The translations under genes and the position numbers were made by a program. Of a stretch of 64,000 nucleotides of DNA, positions 12,416-25,196 are shown in pieces. Where the stretch lies: assembly GCA_019828565.1 (NCBI GenBank), contig JAHDYR010000015.1, positions 568,240 through 632,239 on the forward strand, given 5' to 3'. The stretch comes from Carpediemonas membranifera BICM (taxonomy: Eukaryota > Protista > Fornicata). The first letter of the stretch is position 1; each line of letters begins with the position of its first letter. The notes beneath the pieces were generated by a model. That model had not been told where the DNA came from, searched no databases, and saw only the letters and a program-made list of their open reading frames with translations.

Positions 12416-13709
12416 ACCAAGGTATGCCAAGGCTTTGGTCTGCTCTGGGGTGCCTAGCCCAATCTTACCGGCTGCTGCGAGTGCCAATGGTCGCTTGATC
12501 ATGGAGAAGTGTGGCACGAAGTCACGGGCGAAGTTCAGAAATCCCATGAGTGCCTGGGCCGCCTATCGGGACTTGGGTAGCTTGAGCTCTTGGATGTCAT
12601 GTACCCGGTCGGCAGCAATACCGTAGCCCTCACCTGAAACTGTCCAGCCAAGGAACTCGACTGTAGACTGGCCGAAATGTGACTTCTCGGCATTGAGGCG
12701 AAGATTCAGTTCATCCGCTCGCTTGAGGACCTTCGCCAGGTTGACGATATACTCTGCCTCTGTTCTTCCGAAGACTACGATGTCATCGATATAAATCAGG
12801 CAACTGGCTCCTAGTAAATCTGCGAACGCCCGCTCCATCGAGTACTGAAAGTGAGCACCCGCGTTCTTCAAACCAAACGGCATGCCCGTATACTGGAACT
12901 TGCCCCTCGGCGTATTGAACGCCGTGTACTGGCGCGAACGTTCGGACATCTGAATCTGGTGGTACCCTGCCGATAAATCTAGGGTGGCGAACACCTTGGA
13001 TGCGCCTAACTTCGCTAAACACGTCTGTATCTCAGGGATAGGGTACTCGAACGGCTCCGTCTCGTCGTTGATCTTACGGAAATCCACGACCATGCGTGTC
13101 TTGTCCGGACCCTTCGGAACCAGGAGCACCGGCGAAGCATATGGGCTGAAAGACTGCTCGACGTACTTCTTCTCGATTAGCTCGGCGAGATGTTGGTCGA
13201 ATAAGTGCTCGCGCTGGTATGGGACGTAGTTAGACCGTGACGCGATCACCCTGTCCGACTTGAGCACAAGGTCATATGGTTCTAGATTGCTGAAACCTTG
13301 CCGGTCGTGGAAACAGTGGTCATAGCGGGCCAATATCCGACTCTGCTTATCGTTCATATCCGCTCGCAAATTGTAGAGTCGTCTCTCAAGACGCTCGAGT
13401 GTCGATGGGAGCTGGGCGTCCTCTTCGATCGACGAGTCGCTCGACCCAGCTCCAACATGTGGAAGAATGCCCCAGTCCACCATGACTGCATAGTTCAGGA
13501 GCATGTCGTACTCCATCTCGACTGCGTATGCAGTCACTGTCGCCTCGACGCCCTTCGGAGTCATCGGCGACTTGTCCATGATAACTGGGACCTCATAGGT
13601 CGTGTCTGTCTGGATCCTACCTCCGGATGTCTTGATATGTATCAGATTAGCTAGCTTCGTCGCAGTCAGACCCGCATCTTGAGCTGAGGAGGGGTTAAAC
13701 AGCGGGATG
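12412..13709 (-). pseudogene. Gypsy-A: protease C-terminus and RT (continues 24133-25292); 3' half deleted
   Basis: Removing Gypsy-B joins FDCGADI (ending at 24133) to PLFNPSS...MDKSPMTP; YASPVLLVPK, LDLSAGYHQ, YIDD; nonsense codon at 12563. Confidence 0.85.
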
Positions 13710-13811
13710 TGTGGGTTCGTGAGAACAAAGCTTTACAAAGAATAGAGCTCGACACCCATGTGTCGAGCTGGACGACTCAAGACTATTAAATAATCTATTG
13801 ATGAACCAACA
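13710..13811 (-). repeat. Gypsy-B 3' LTR (102 bp)
   Basis: Direct repeat of 24031-24132. Confidence 0.92.
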
Positions 13812-13971
13812 CTTCCCTCCCATGCTCCGGTAGAGCATCAAAAAACTCAACACTATTATGAAGGGTGTGCTAGGTGCTTGGTCCGGGTGAATTGCCCAGA
13901 TACAAGCTCCAGTAACCGTCGCTTCCATGGGGACTCGCCATGGAGCCGGAGTTGGCAATGGACTAAGCCCT

Positions 13972-16900
13972 TGTAATCAATTGATGACTGATTTACCCCG
14001 GATCAATTAAATCACTCTCTGTGTTTCCTGCTGCAACAATATATATTGCCATGGTAGTACCGGAAACAGTACTGAACTACGCACCCTACCTTAATAAGGT
14101 CTCTGTGGCGGAGTGGCGCCATATGGTTAAGTCCTGGCGTGCTTATGCCGCTATGTGCCGTGATCCGATTGCTATTTTCGACCTGGTGTCAAACGAAGTG
14201 CTCGAAACGTTTAAGTGCCGTTCTCCCATGCTGGGCTCTTTTCTCCAGGTGGTGGATGAACCGATGGATGAGCATGACCCCGATCGTGAGACGGAGTGGA
14301 ACGAGGAGTTTATCGACCTAATTAACAAGATGTTCCAACCTCTCGACGAGCTAGAGGCCATCGAATGGCTGAAGAAGCTGAATTGCCCCGAGTCGGGCAA
14401 TCTCGTCGAGAACATGGCCGATTACGTGCTGAAATTCAAGGAGACGTGTTCCTACTTCGGCGAGCTGCAGCCTCAAGCCAAGCAACTCGTGGAGGCGTTC
14501 GTCGCGGGAGTCCGCTATCAAGTCCTGAGAGAGCGAATCGGCGCCAAGAAGAAGAGCAAGGATCTGGAGGAGACCATGAAGGTGGCTTTTGAGCTAGCCC
14601 TGGAGGCTGAGAAGGGTAGACGTGAGGCGCAGCGTCAGTCAGTTGAGTCGAAGGGCGAGAAGACCAAGAAGAAGCATGAAGACAAGGCGTCTACCAAGTG
14701 CCCCTACTGCAACAAGGTGGGCCACGATGCCACAAAGTGCTGGAAGAAGCAGAGGGACGAACGCAAGAAGGGTGTAAAAACTCAGGCTTGTTTCTCTCTG
14801 TCTTCTTCCTCTTTGGTCGCCCAGGGGACCGCGAAGCGTCCTGAAGCCGTGGTGTGTGTAGACGGTCGCGACGTTAACACATTGCTAGACACCGGGGCCG
14901 ACGCAGATTTTGTCGACAAGACGTTGATCGACGAGTTGGGGTTCGCGGATGAAATTATCCCCACAAATGTGAAGGTTCGATTGCAAGGCGGGACGGTTTA
15001 CAACGTGCATGAGAAGATCGAAGTCAACATCGATCTAGGAGTTATTCCGAAGACAGGACGCCGTACTACGGCGAAGCTAGTACTCTACATCCTACCGAGG
15101 CTTAAGCCGCAGATAGTGTTCGGATTCCCGACGCTAACGGCCTTGGGCTTGGTGGAAATCCATCTACCAACAGCTGGAGAAGGGACCAAGACGTTCCTGG
15201 AGCTGGAGGGCGATGAGTTTGACGAAGAAGTCTACCTGTCGAGCGCGCAGAAGACCAATGATGCCAAGCCGGTGATAATGGACCTGACCGTGGAGGTCGA
15301 AGAGGTGTTAGCGAAGCTAGGGGGGTTGTTCGGAGGTATTGATGAGCCGGCCGATGTGGAGCCATTCGGGTTGGACCTTCGACATGACAGAGTGGTCAAC
15401 GTACCGCCCTACCGCTACGGCGAGGGTGAAGTGGAAGAGATGAAGCGACAGGTCGAGGAGCTTTGCAACATGGCGGTTATAAGACGTTCCGAGAGCCAGT
15501 ACAACAACCCGGTTGTGTTAGCTTGGAAGCGGGACCGTACACGTCGCATGTGCCTTGACTTTAGACGTCTGAACGAGATCACGACTGACCTGACCCACCC
15601 CTTGCCTCTAATAGACGACCTCGTAGAGAGGCTGCAGGGCAACTCATACTTTGCAGCCCTTGATTTGAGCAAGGCGTTTCTTCAAATCCCCTTGAAACAC
15701 GAATGCCAGGATATGACGGCCTTTATCGTTGACGGTGTCAAATACTGTTATACGAGGATGCCCTTTGGGCTAAAAAATGCTGCAGCGTACTGCCAACGGG
15801 CCCTGGAGGCAGCGCTAGGAAGCAGCGTGTACACCGACTGTTTGGTGTACGTGGACGACGTAGTGGTCTACGGCCGGGACAAAACCGAATTTCTACGTCG
15901 CCTGGAGACCGTTCTCGGAAAACTCCACACTCGAGGACTCCGTCTCAATGCGAAGAAGTGCATCTTCGCTGCGTCCGAGATCGATTATCTAGGATGGACC
16001 GTTAGCGCCGACGGCAAGAGGATCGCAGAGGATCGCCTGCAAGGAATTCACGATCTTGCACCCCCCGTGACCTGTCGACGCTTCGTACGCTCTTGGGGAC
16101 TGTTAACTACTTCCGCCCCATGATTGAGCGCTACGCGGACATAACTGAGCCCCTTGCGGCCCTCACCCGGGCCAACAGGAAGTTTGAGTGGGGACCAGAC
16201 CAACAAGACGCATTTGAGCGCGTCAAGACCTGCCTGCTGGACAACAGAATGCTCGTACACCCCAAGCCTGGGTCGAAGCTGATATTGCAGACCGACGCAA
16301 GTGATGTCGCAGCAGGTGCCGTACTGATGCAAGAATCCGCGTCAGGTCCTAGTCCGATCGCCTTTTACTCGAAGACATTCGACGCTACCCAACGCCGATG
16401 GTCGACGTATGAGAAGGAGGCGTTCGCGATTTATTTCGCAATGCAGAAGGCAGAGCGACTACTGATCGGACGAGAGTTCGTTGTGCGCACTGACCACAAA
16501 AATCTGCTCTACCTGGCCACCTCTGCCAACGCTAAGGTGGTTAGGTGGCATCTGGCCATGGCACGGTTCAACTATTCCGTGGAACACGTACCAGGAGTGG
16601 CCAACGGCGGTGCAGACGGCTTGTCCCGTCTAGTACACCTACAAAGTGCCGATACGAGCCATACTGACCTGATCGAAAGCATACATGGGGGTTTACAAGG
16701 ACATCTGGGCATTCGGGCTACCCTACAACGCCTGATTGAAAGAGGAGAGACGTGGAAGGGGATGTACAACGAGGTGAAACAGTTCGTCAAGGCCTGCCCG
16801 GTCTGCCAAGTCCATCGGCAGACAGCTGAGCGAGTGCCGCAGGACCGGCATTCGACGATGGGACGCCTTCCATTTGACGTAGTACAAGTAGACACTGTTG

Positions 16901-18254
16901 GACCCCTACCTGAATCTGGCGGCGGTTACCGCCACATCGTGGTGGCCATCGACACGTTCTCCAAGCTTACGATGTTATACCCCACTCACTCCACGACTGC
17001 GGCAGAGGCAGCTGAGGCCCTATTACAATGGGTCGCCCACTACGGTATACCCCGTTTAATCCATTCAGACGGTGGGTCCCAATACCGAAATCAGCTCGTC
17101 GACACCATGGTGGAGAAGCTATCGATGAAACATCATATCGGTACGCCGTACCGACCGGCATCGCAAGGCGTCGTCGAACGTCAGAACGCGGAGCTGAAGA
17201 AGCATCTGAAGTGCCTGATGACGGAGTGCAAGACACGTGACTGGACGAAACTGATTCCACACGCTCAGTTCATCCTTAACTCGACGAAGAATAGTACCAC
17301 GGGCATGTCCCCGTGGACGGTACTGTACGACCAGGAGCAAGACTCGACTCTTGACGAGTTGAGTGACGATACAGTCTCGTTGGAGCTCTTTAGGCGTAGG
17401 ATTGAAGTTAATCGTGTGGTTCAGCAACAACTGTGTGATGGAGAGTCGCCAAGTCGCGATCACATCGAGCTACAAGACACCGCAGTCCTGGTGGCGTCGA
17501 ACTCCGGTAGGAGATCTACTCTGCTCGGGCCGATGTGGTGCATAGGCCCAGACAAGTCCCCGAACGTTTATCGTGTCCGTAACCTGACGTCCGGGAAGAC
17601 CCACAGCATCCACGCTGACAGGCTCAGGGTGTTCGAGACAAGCTTGACGCTCGATCAGCTGAAGCAGGTTGCTGCGGAGCGAGACGACGAATACGTGGTG
17701 GAGGAGATCAACGAGCACAAGTTCGAGGGACGGAAGCTGCTACTGCATGTTATTTGGGAAGGGTACCTTCCTGAGGAAGCCACGTGGGAGCCATTCACAT
17801 TGGAGCTAGACAAACTCGAAGCACTTGACAGATACTTGGAGAAAGTACCTCATTTGGCGAAGAAGTTGCCTGCACAGCGGAAGATGCTGCGGTTCAAAGC
17901 GAACTAAGGCGGTAGTCGCTGAAAAGGCTGGAAACTTCGGACCCATGGGGGAAGGAGCAGTGTTCAGCTACAATAAGCTGGATTCCATTGGTTTTGATGT
18001 GGATTAGTTGTTATTCACGGCATACGACGTTGATGGTTTGTTTTTGATGCGTCCTCAGCATGGGGACCTTCAATGAGACATAACCTGCGGGAATAGATTC
18101 TGCTGAAGATTTGGACCAAGGAATTTTATTTCGGGGTTCTGGAGATTTTGGAAGATCCGAATTTTTATTTCCGGATCTTGGGGGAAGTGTAATCAATTGA
18201 TGACTGATTTACCCCGGATCAATTAAATCACTCTCTGTGTTTCCTGCTGCAACA
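13972..18254 (+). mobile_element. Gypsy-C: full-length chromodomain LTR retrotransposon, 67-bp identical LTRs, GCCCT TSD
   Basis: LTRs 13972-14038 and 18188-18254; TSD 13967-13971 and 18255-18259; PPT gggggaag before the 3' LTR. Confidence 0.95.
14051..17907 (+). CDS. Gypsy-C gag-pol; one frameshift in a C run at ~16065
   Basis: CPYCNKVGHDATKC, LDTGAD, YVDD, TDAS, VDTVGP, YVVEEI...VIWEGY...TWEP chromodomain. Confidence 0.9.
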
Positions 18255-18865
18255 GCCCTATTGCCTGAACCGTTGTGAGCTCGGGACTTTCGAGTTCACC
18301 GGATACCCGTTGACCAGACTGGCTATAAAAACCCTGTGTCTTATGCCCGGCGTGATGTCCAGTCACGTTTCTGAGATATGCTTACCTCACTACCAAATCT
18401 AAATTACCTAATATTATCTGATCAAATCTTGCGTGGTACCACTGTATTAGCGCGCTATGTTATGGGTATCCTTACCTGGGGTCCTGCCCCTCTTGAAAGT
18501 CTTTGAAACATACCCGACGATTCTGAAAGGGTCAAATGGCGCACTTTTAGGTGCCATCGATGTCCCCATGTCAATTCTTACCAGAGGTTGGTTACATTCC
18601 GCCTAATCTTACACGGCGTTCAAAAAAACGGGTTAAGAGGCTCCAATTCCTTCTCGTTCGCGAGATATGGCACTTTTTCGTTTTGCACCGCCGGAAACAC
18701 TTTTTGGATCCCGAAAACGCGGCTATATTGAATAACAACATCAGTTCCACCATGTAAACAACTCTATGTTCCACTTCTGAACAGCATTGTTGCGTAACCA
18801 TTGCGTTTCATCGATTTCGCATTTTTTGCTTTCTGGAAAGTCGACTTTCTAGACGATCACAGCTC

Positions 18866-19987
18866 ATGGGGGATTTCGACGCCGCTGTGGAAACTATTCT
18901 AAATCGTCTTACGACTAACACTTCGAGAATGCAATTTTGCCGTCTCCTCCGTCGCCATATCTCTGAAACTGGTTCCTACCTCGAGCTGTTCACCCCTTAC
19001 CAGCCGCGACGTGCTCCTAGGCGCCAAAACGTCCCTAATGTCCCAGAGGAACTTGCTGGCGCCGTAACCAGTTCTGCATCTGACAGCGAGAGCGTTAACG
19101 CCGTCGACCTACGCTACCTTCCGGCTTCTCCTGACCCAACCGACAATGAGTCTGACTCCGAGTCGGACGACACCCCGCCATCCCTCTCTGGCTACGTGGA
19201 ACTCGTCACCCGGCAGGCAGTCAGCTACTACTGGAACTCTCCCCGGACTGAGTTACTGCTGCTCACCGACAACCGGCTGCACTCTTACACCCGCGCTTCC
19301 GCTGCAGTGCACTCGCATGACGCCGGCGCTGATCTCTGCCGTGACGCTATCGTACTCCAGGCGATGTCGGCTTACCTCTCCATACGTCGCGATTCGACTG
19401 ATGCTGCCATCGTTTCAGCCTACCTCACTGCTGTTCGAGACAAACGCGCGTATGTGCCGAACGAGCTCAAGCAAGAGATCGAGAATCGCTCTGGCCTCAG
19501 CATCGACACCATGCGTCCTCATGTCTTCCGTGCTGTCATGCTCGGCCACGATGTCAACCTATATTTTGTGCTGCACATGGGAGAGGCCCTCGGTATCCTC
19601 ACCCGCGCTGATTGCGCTGAGTTCGCTCGTCAGTACTTCGCTCGCATGCGTAGCGGCGCTTCCTTCGACGACGCAGAGTTCAGTCTTCTGTCAGGCTTCA
19701 TGCCGGTTACTGCTGACCGCGCCCCGTCGCTGACTCTGCAAGACATGACTTCTGCAGCCTTCACGGTCTCGCGTGTTTGGCATTATCGTTTTGACGCCCC
19801 TGGTCTTCTGCGCCTGCATGTCAGTTATGAGGAATGCCCCAATGTGAGCAGCATTGCCATCGCTACTCGGCGCATGCAGACTCACCCTGCCGTCGCCCAG
19901 TTCCTCACTGAGCATCTGTCTTACGAGTCTTACCTCGCCGACGACGTTGCCCTCGATGGTAACGTCCGTTGTGACACTTGCGAATAA
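18866..19987 (+). CDS. Antisense extra ORF inside Gypsy-B (373 aa), acidic low-complexity stretch and chromodomain-like C-terminus
   Basis: Intact ATG-to-stop ORF between pol and the 3' LTR, convergent with pol (25-bp gap). Confidence 0.7.
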   Translation: MGDFDAAVETILNRLTTNTSRMQFCRLLRRHISETGSYLELFTPYQPRRAPRRQNVPNVPEELAGAVTSSASDSESVNAVDLRYLPASPDPTDNESDSESDDTPPSLSGYVELVTRQAVSYYWNSPRTELLLLTDNRLHSYTRASAAVHSHDAGADLCRDAIVLQAMSAYLSIRRDSTDAAIVSAYLTAVRDKRAYVPNELKQEIENRSGLSIDTMRPHVFRAVMLGHDVNLYFVLHMGEALGILTRADCAEFARQYFARMRSGASFDDAEFSLLSGFMPVTADRAPSLTLQDMTSAAFTVSRVWHYRFDAPGLLRLHVSYEECPNVSSIAIATRRMQTHPAVAQFLTEHLSYESYLADDVALDGNVRCDTCE

Positions 19988-20012
19988 ACAGTTTCTGATG
20001 CTTGGGGGCCAT

Positions 20013-23000
20013 TTATTCGGCCTTCCCCAGATATATATCCAACGCTTCGCATCCCTTAACGTTCTGGTACGGCTCCCACGTATCTTCCGAAGGCTCGTAC
20101 CCTGCCCATCGGACGTGGAACTGCCGATCGCTGAGTCTGCGCTCATGCGTTGCTTCGTATATCGACTCCACGACATACTCGCCGATCGTCACTGCTGCTA
20201 GCTCTTGGGCATGTTGCATGGACAGCTCGCCTGAAAATGGTCTGACCCTCTCGGACGCGACCTGGAATTCGGTCCTCGTATTGACATCTCTAACCCAGTA
20301 ACCAACAGGAAAGTCATTCCTCATGATAGGCTGGATCAGTTGCATGGGGCCTCGCCACCCTGCAGCCAACTTTGATGGTGGCCCATTCGGGTATTTGACC
20401 AATACAAACTCAGACGTAATTGGTTCAGGAGGGGGCAGCTTGCTGAGAGCGTCAGCGTGCATTGCCTTAATACGTGCTTCAGCGAGCTCTCGAGCGAGTT
20501 TGGCAGCAGCTACGTTGCTCGCTGGTTGGCTGACCGCCTTCTCACCCAGTTCTTTGACGATTAGCATGTCGGCCGGTACGCGCAGATCACTACCAAAAAT
20601 CACCTCTGCTGGGGTTAAACGCGTTGCTGAGTGTGGTGTCGCGTTGACAATGTACTGTGCGACTGGCAACGACTCCGACCACAGCTCCGACCTCAGCTCG
20701 TACTGCCGCGCCCTCAGAATACGCTCGACTCTGCTGTTCGCTCGTTCGACCACTCCATTTGACTGTGGATGATATGGAGTGGTTGTATGGATTGAAAAGC
20801 CAACTCGGACGGACAAGTCCTTGAACAGCTTGTTGACAAACTGCTTGCCTCCGTCTGTTTGGAGGACTCGAGGGACTCCATACCTGAGTATCCACTGGTC
20901 AGCAAATGCTCTGACAGCTTCGTCGGCTCTCGTTGTCTTCAGCGGAATGAGCTCGGTCCACCTCGAAGCCATATCGACTACTACTAAAATGAACTTGTAT
21001 CCGAGCGACTCGGGCACCGGACCGATAGTGTCCATTGCTACCTTCATGAACGGCCTGAGTCCGGCTGTATGTAAGTATGCCCTGGCGGCTTCAGCTGGTT
21101 TTGCTGTGAGTTGACATACCGGACATCTGTCGATCACCCTCGCCACCTGATCCACGGGCGCCCTCTTGCCATGTGTCCTCAAGAATTGTATCGTGGTATG
21201 CAGTGGCAGGTGAGCTTGCCCGTGTCTGTGTGCCTCAGCTATCTCCGTCTCAGACGCCACTTGCAACCGATCTGCCGATGCCGCAAACACGCGACTGAGA
21301 CCATCGGCTGCACTGTTATCCACTCCGGCCACATGTTTGATCGTGAAATCAAGATCAGATATTGATTCGTACCACCGTTGAACCTTGGAGTTGGAAGAAC
21401 GCGACATAAACACAAGATTGCGATGATCAGTCAGCAATGTGAATGGTGTCCAACACAAGAACCTGCGCCACCTCTGCAACGCGGAAACGATTGCATACGC
21501 CTCCTGTTCAATTGTGCTCCATCTCGTCTGCACATCGTTGAAAGACTTGGACATGTATGACACCGGCTTACCGTCTTGTAGCAACACTCCGCCAATTCCA
21601 AGGTCTGACGCGTCAGTCATGACGACGTGCTCACGGGTAACATCGAAGTGTTCGAGGGCGGGAGCCTGACACAGCAGATCTTTGACCTGCGCCAAAGCCT
21701 CGACCTGATCGCTGCCGTCGGGAGGTGCCTTGCCACACGCGGCTTGAGCTAAAGGGTGCACGATCCTCGAAAAACCTGGCACAAAAATCTCTCATGAAGT
21801 TCAAGAATCCCATTAGGGCTTGAGCGGCCTTCTTCGTCTTCGGGACACGCAGCGTCTCAACATCCCGAATGCGGTCTGGCGCAATTCTAAATCCTGTACC
21901 CGACACCACCCAGCCTAAGAACTCGACTTCTGCGAGTCCAAAGTGTGACTTCTCCTTGTTGAGGCTGAGTTTCAACTCTTCGGCCCTCGCCAACACCTTG
22001 TTCAAGTTGGACAAGTACTCTTGCTCTGTGCGGCCGAAAATTATAATGTCGTCAATATATATGATACACGCGGTACCAAGTAGATCGTGGAATCCCCGTT
22101 CAATTGCAAACTGGAAATGCGCCCCAGCGTTTTTTCAATCCAAACGGCATGCCCGTATACTGGAACTTGCCTCGTGGGGTCTGGAACGCAGTGTATTGTC
22201 TCGACCTTTCGGACAACTTGACTTGATGATAACCCTTCGAAAGGTCAATCGTGGCGAAGATCTTAGCTCCTGCCAACCGTGCGAGGCACGCTTGAACCTC
22301 TGGGATCGGGTAATCAAACGGCTCAGTCAGGTCGTTGATCCTTCTGAAATCGACAACCATACGAGTTCTGTCTCGGCCCTTCGGGACGAGGAGAGCTGGG
22401 GACGAGTACGGAGAGAAACTCGCCTCAATATACTTCTTGGCTAACAGCTCCCGGACGTGCTCATCAAACAGACCCTGCTTCTGGTGAGGGATGTAATTTG
22501 ACCTGGACGCTACTACTCGGTCCTCCTTCAAGATCAGGTCATAAGGCTCTAAGGCAGAAAACCCCTCACGCTCCTCGAAGCAACGGCTGAACTTGGCGAT
22601 GATTCGCGCATGCATCGCTGTAAAATCTGTTGACATAGTGTAGGACTGCATCGCGTCCATTGGGGGGACGGACGGTTCCATATCGTCAGAGTCCCGGCTC
22701 GCTTGAGATTCCGCGACACTGGGCAGGATGCCTCACTCAACCATCGTTGGGTACGACAATAGAAGGTCGTAGATGCATTCAACTCCGTATGCGGCGACAG
22801 TAGTCGACAGTGCCTTTGGAGTGAAAGGTGACTTATGCATGAGAAGGGGAATCTCATAGCAAACGTCGGACTCAATAGATCCCCTGGAGTCTTGATGACG
22901 ATAGGTTGACTGAGCTTCGTCGGAATAAGTTCAGCAGCGGTTGCCGACTGGGGGTTCACCAAGCAAATATCCGCCCCGCAGTCGAAAAGTACACGCTCCC

Positions 23001-24015
23001 ATTGCACACTGTGATCATTACCGACCGGAACCTCTGCTGTTACTATCGGGAGCGCGTTGCTGTGTGTCTGACTCAACGATGTCAGGACATGAGCGGGTGC
23101 ACGAGAAAAGGATGAACAAGCCTGGGGGTTTACTGAAGTACCCCGACAGAACTTGTCTTGATGTCCCTGCTTACCGCACTTGCTGCAGACAGTCTTCGGG
23201 TTCCGACACTGGCGCGATGTGTGACCGGACTTGCCGCAGTTGTAGCACACGATGGTACGGCTGGTGCTCTGATGATCGGTGCTTGAGCCGGTCTGCTGAC
23301 TTCTCTGCATTTCAGACTGGGCTCCCCGGTACTGGTGCTTGCCATGAGACTGGTGCTCACCCGGGTGAGGCGGGCCGCCCTGTCGGCGCAGACCTCGAGA
23401 ATGGCTTGCGCGCTGGTCCTTAGGAGGGCGGTTTCGAGGCTGAGAATCGGACTTGATGGTCCTGGAAGTAATCATCGCAGCCTCTTGGAGACGCTTGCAC
23501 GTCTGGAGAGCGACCTGGATGGTGCTGTTAAGGTCAAGCCCTGTAGCCGCCTCCTTGACTTCCCTACGGAGGTCCTCGTCCTGGATTCCCTTCACGAACA
23601 TGCTGCGCATCACTGCGTCGGAGAAAGAGGGAGCCAAGACGGCCTTGCGGCTGATGAATCTGTCGGCATAGAGTGAGAGACGTCCCACGTCAATACCCTG
23701 GGTCGTTAGCTGGAAAAGACGGCGCTCTAGGATCGGATCAGTGGGCTTAATTGCGTTAGCAATCGCTCTGAAAACGAGGTCCTCTCTCTCATGTTTCTTA
23801 CGCTTCTCGCCCGTCACTGTGTTGTGCTTCGCGCTCTTGTATGCCTTGGCTACGTCTATACCAACTGCTGCACAGTATGAGGTGACAGCCGGACCCAAAC
23901 GCTTGATAAGTCGGCGTTTTCCGCCCGTTCGGACATGGCGATCGAGTTTCTCCTTAAACGAAAGCAGAGCATTAATCTCTGGTTGAGTACATAACGGACC
24001 CTTGTCCTCAGTCAT
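20013..24015 (-). pseudogene. Gypsy-B gag-pol with several frameshifts
   Basis: MTEDKGP start; two CCHC knuckles; FDCGAD; IDLSKGYHQ; YIDD; TDAS; MDTIGP; chromodomain YVVESI...VRWAGY...DTWEP. Confidence 0.9.
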
Positions 24016-24030
24016 TGTAAGTAACGTTAC

Positions 24031-24132
24031 TGTGGGTTCGTGAGAACAAAGCTTTACAAAGAATAGAGCTCGACACCCATGTGTCGAGCTGGACGACTCA
24101 AGACTATTAAATAATCTATTGATGAACCAACA
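24031..24132 (-). repeat. Gypsy-B 5' LTR (102 bp)
   Basis: Direct repeat of 13710-13811; followed by the palindrome AGTAACGTTACT. Confidence 0.92.
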
Positions 24133-25181
24133 GATGTCCGCACCACAATCGAATAGTATGCGTCCCCATACGCAGCCGTCCACTACACCCGATACCACAG
24201 GCAATGATGGAGTTGTCTCGCCAGCCATAGTCCAAACGCGCGCCGGTGTCGAGTAATTGGTGTACTTACGGTCGTTTACAGGAACTGGGCCTGTCGACCG
24301 GCAGAACTTGGCCATGTGGCCCAGCTTGCCACACTTTGCGCACTTGATCTTATCTCTCTTACATTCCCGGGCGAAGTGACCTTACTTGCCGCAGTTCTGA
24401 CACTGCTTAGTGGCTCTGTCGGGCTGTCTCGAATCAGGCTGGGAACTGGAGCGTTTGGACGCATGCGGTTGCTCAGGAGCTTGGCGTTGGACGGGAGGCT
24501 GGTCAGGTCTTGCCTGTTGACGTTCTTGGCGGCCCGGACGGGCTCTGCTAGACTTGACGCGGCTGCCAGGATGGGTTGACGACGCTGGATGGAGGGATGC
24601 GTATGATTCGGAGATGAGACGAGCTTCCTCGAGCTTCTTGCAGATCATAAGAGAGGTAATGAAGGTCTCATCGAGCGACATTCCTACTACGGCGTCTTTG
24701 ACCTCCTCGCGGAGAAACTCGTCCAGGATTCCGTTCAGAAACATCTGGCGGATAGTAGCAGGCGCCAAATCAGGCTTGATGATGCGGTACCTTGTACGGA
24801 ACTTGTCCAAGTACTGTGTGAAGCGCCCCGAATGGACGCCCTTCACAGAGAGCTGGAATAGTTGGCGCTGTAGGATAGCTGATCGAGGTTTGATGGCGTC
24901 AACGACGGCCTGGAAAGCTAGGTCTTCCGCTCCGGACTTTTTCATACGGACTTGCGGTGCGCGAAAAATAAGGGATGATGATCAGTCTTCTGTCTCCTCG
25001 CGCGGCGGTACACCTGCTTAACATCAACGCCCGATGAACTGCAGAATGTTAGAACTCCAGGGCCTAAGCGCTTATTGAGGCGGCGCTTTCCACCGGCCTG
25101 AACATGTCTCGTTAGCTTTTCGTGAAATGCCAGAATGGCACTAATGCTTGGCTCGTTCACTGACGGGCCGTTTTCAGTCAT
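24133..25181 (-). pseudogene. Gypsy-A gag and protease N-terminus (frameshifted), paralogous to Gypsy-B
   Basis: MTENGP...GGKRRLNKRLGP matches Gypsy-B gag; CCHC knuckles; FDCGADI. Confidence 0.85.
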
Positions 25182-25196
25182 TTGAAGTAATATTTC

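Larger units (their letters stand above)
13710..24132 (-). mobile_element. Gypsy-B: full-length LTR retrotransposon, 102-bp LTRs, GATG TSD; contains Gypsy-C and an antisense ORF
   Basis: LTRs 13710-13811 and 24031-24132 appear identical; gatg at 13706-13709 and 24133-24136; minus-strand PPT gggagggaag at 13812-13821. Confidence 0.92.

Noticed and set aside
2731-24160. Two insertions landing next to catalytic motifs (RT LDL, protease DCGAD)
   Set aside because: Only two cases, with different TSDs, and other insertions fall elsewhere; likely chance.
22549-24315. 588-aa ORF treated as one gene
   Set aside because: Chimeric read-through of Gypsy-A protease, the Gypsy-B LTR and Gypsy-B gag; the real start is 24015.
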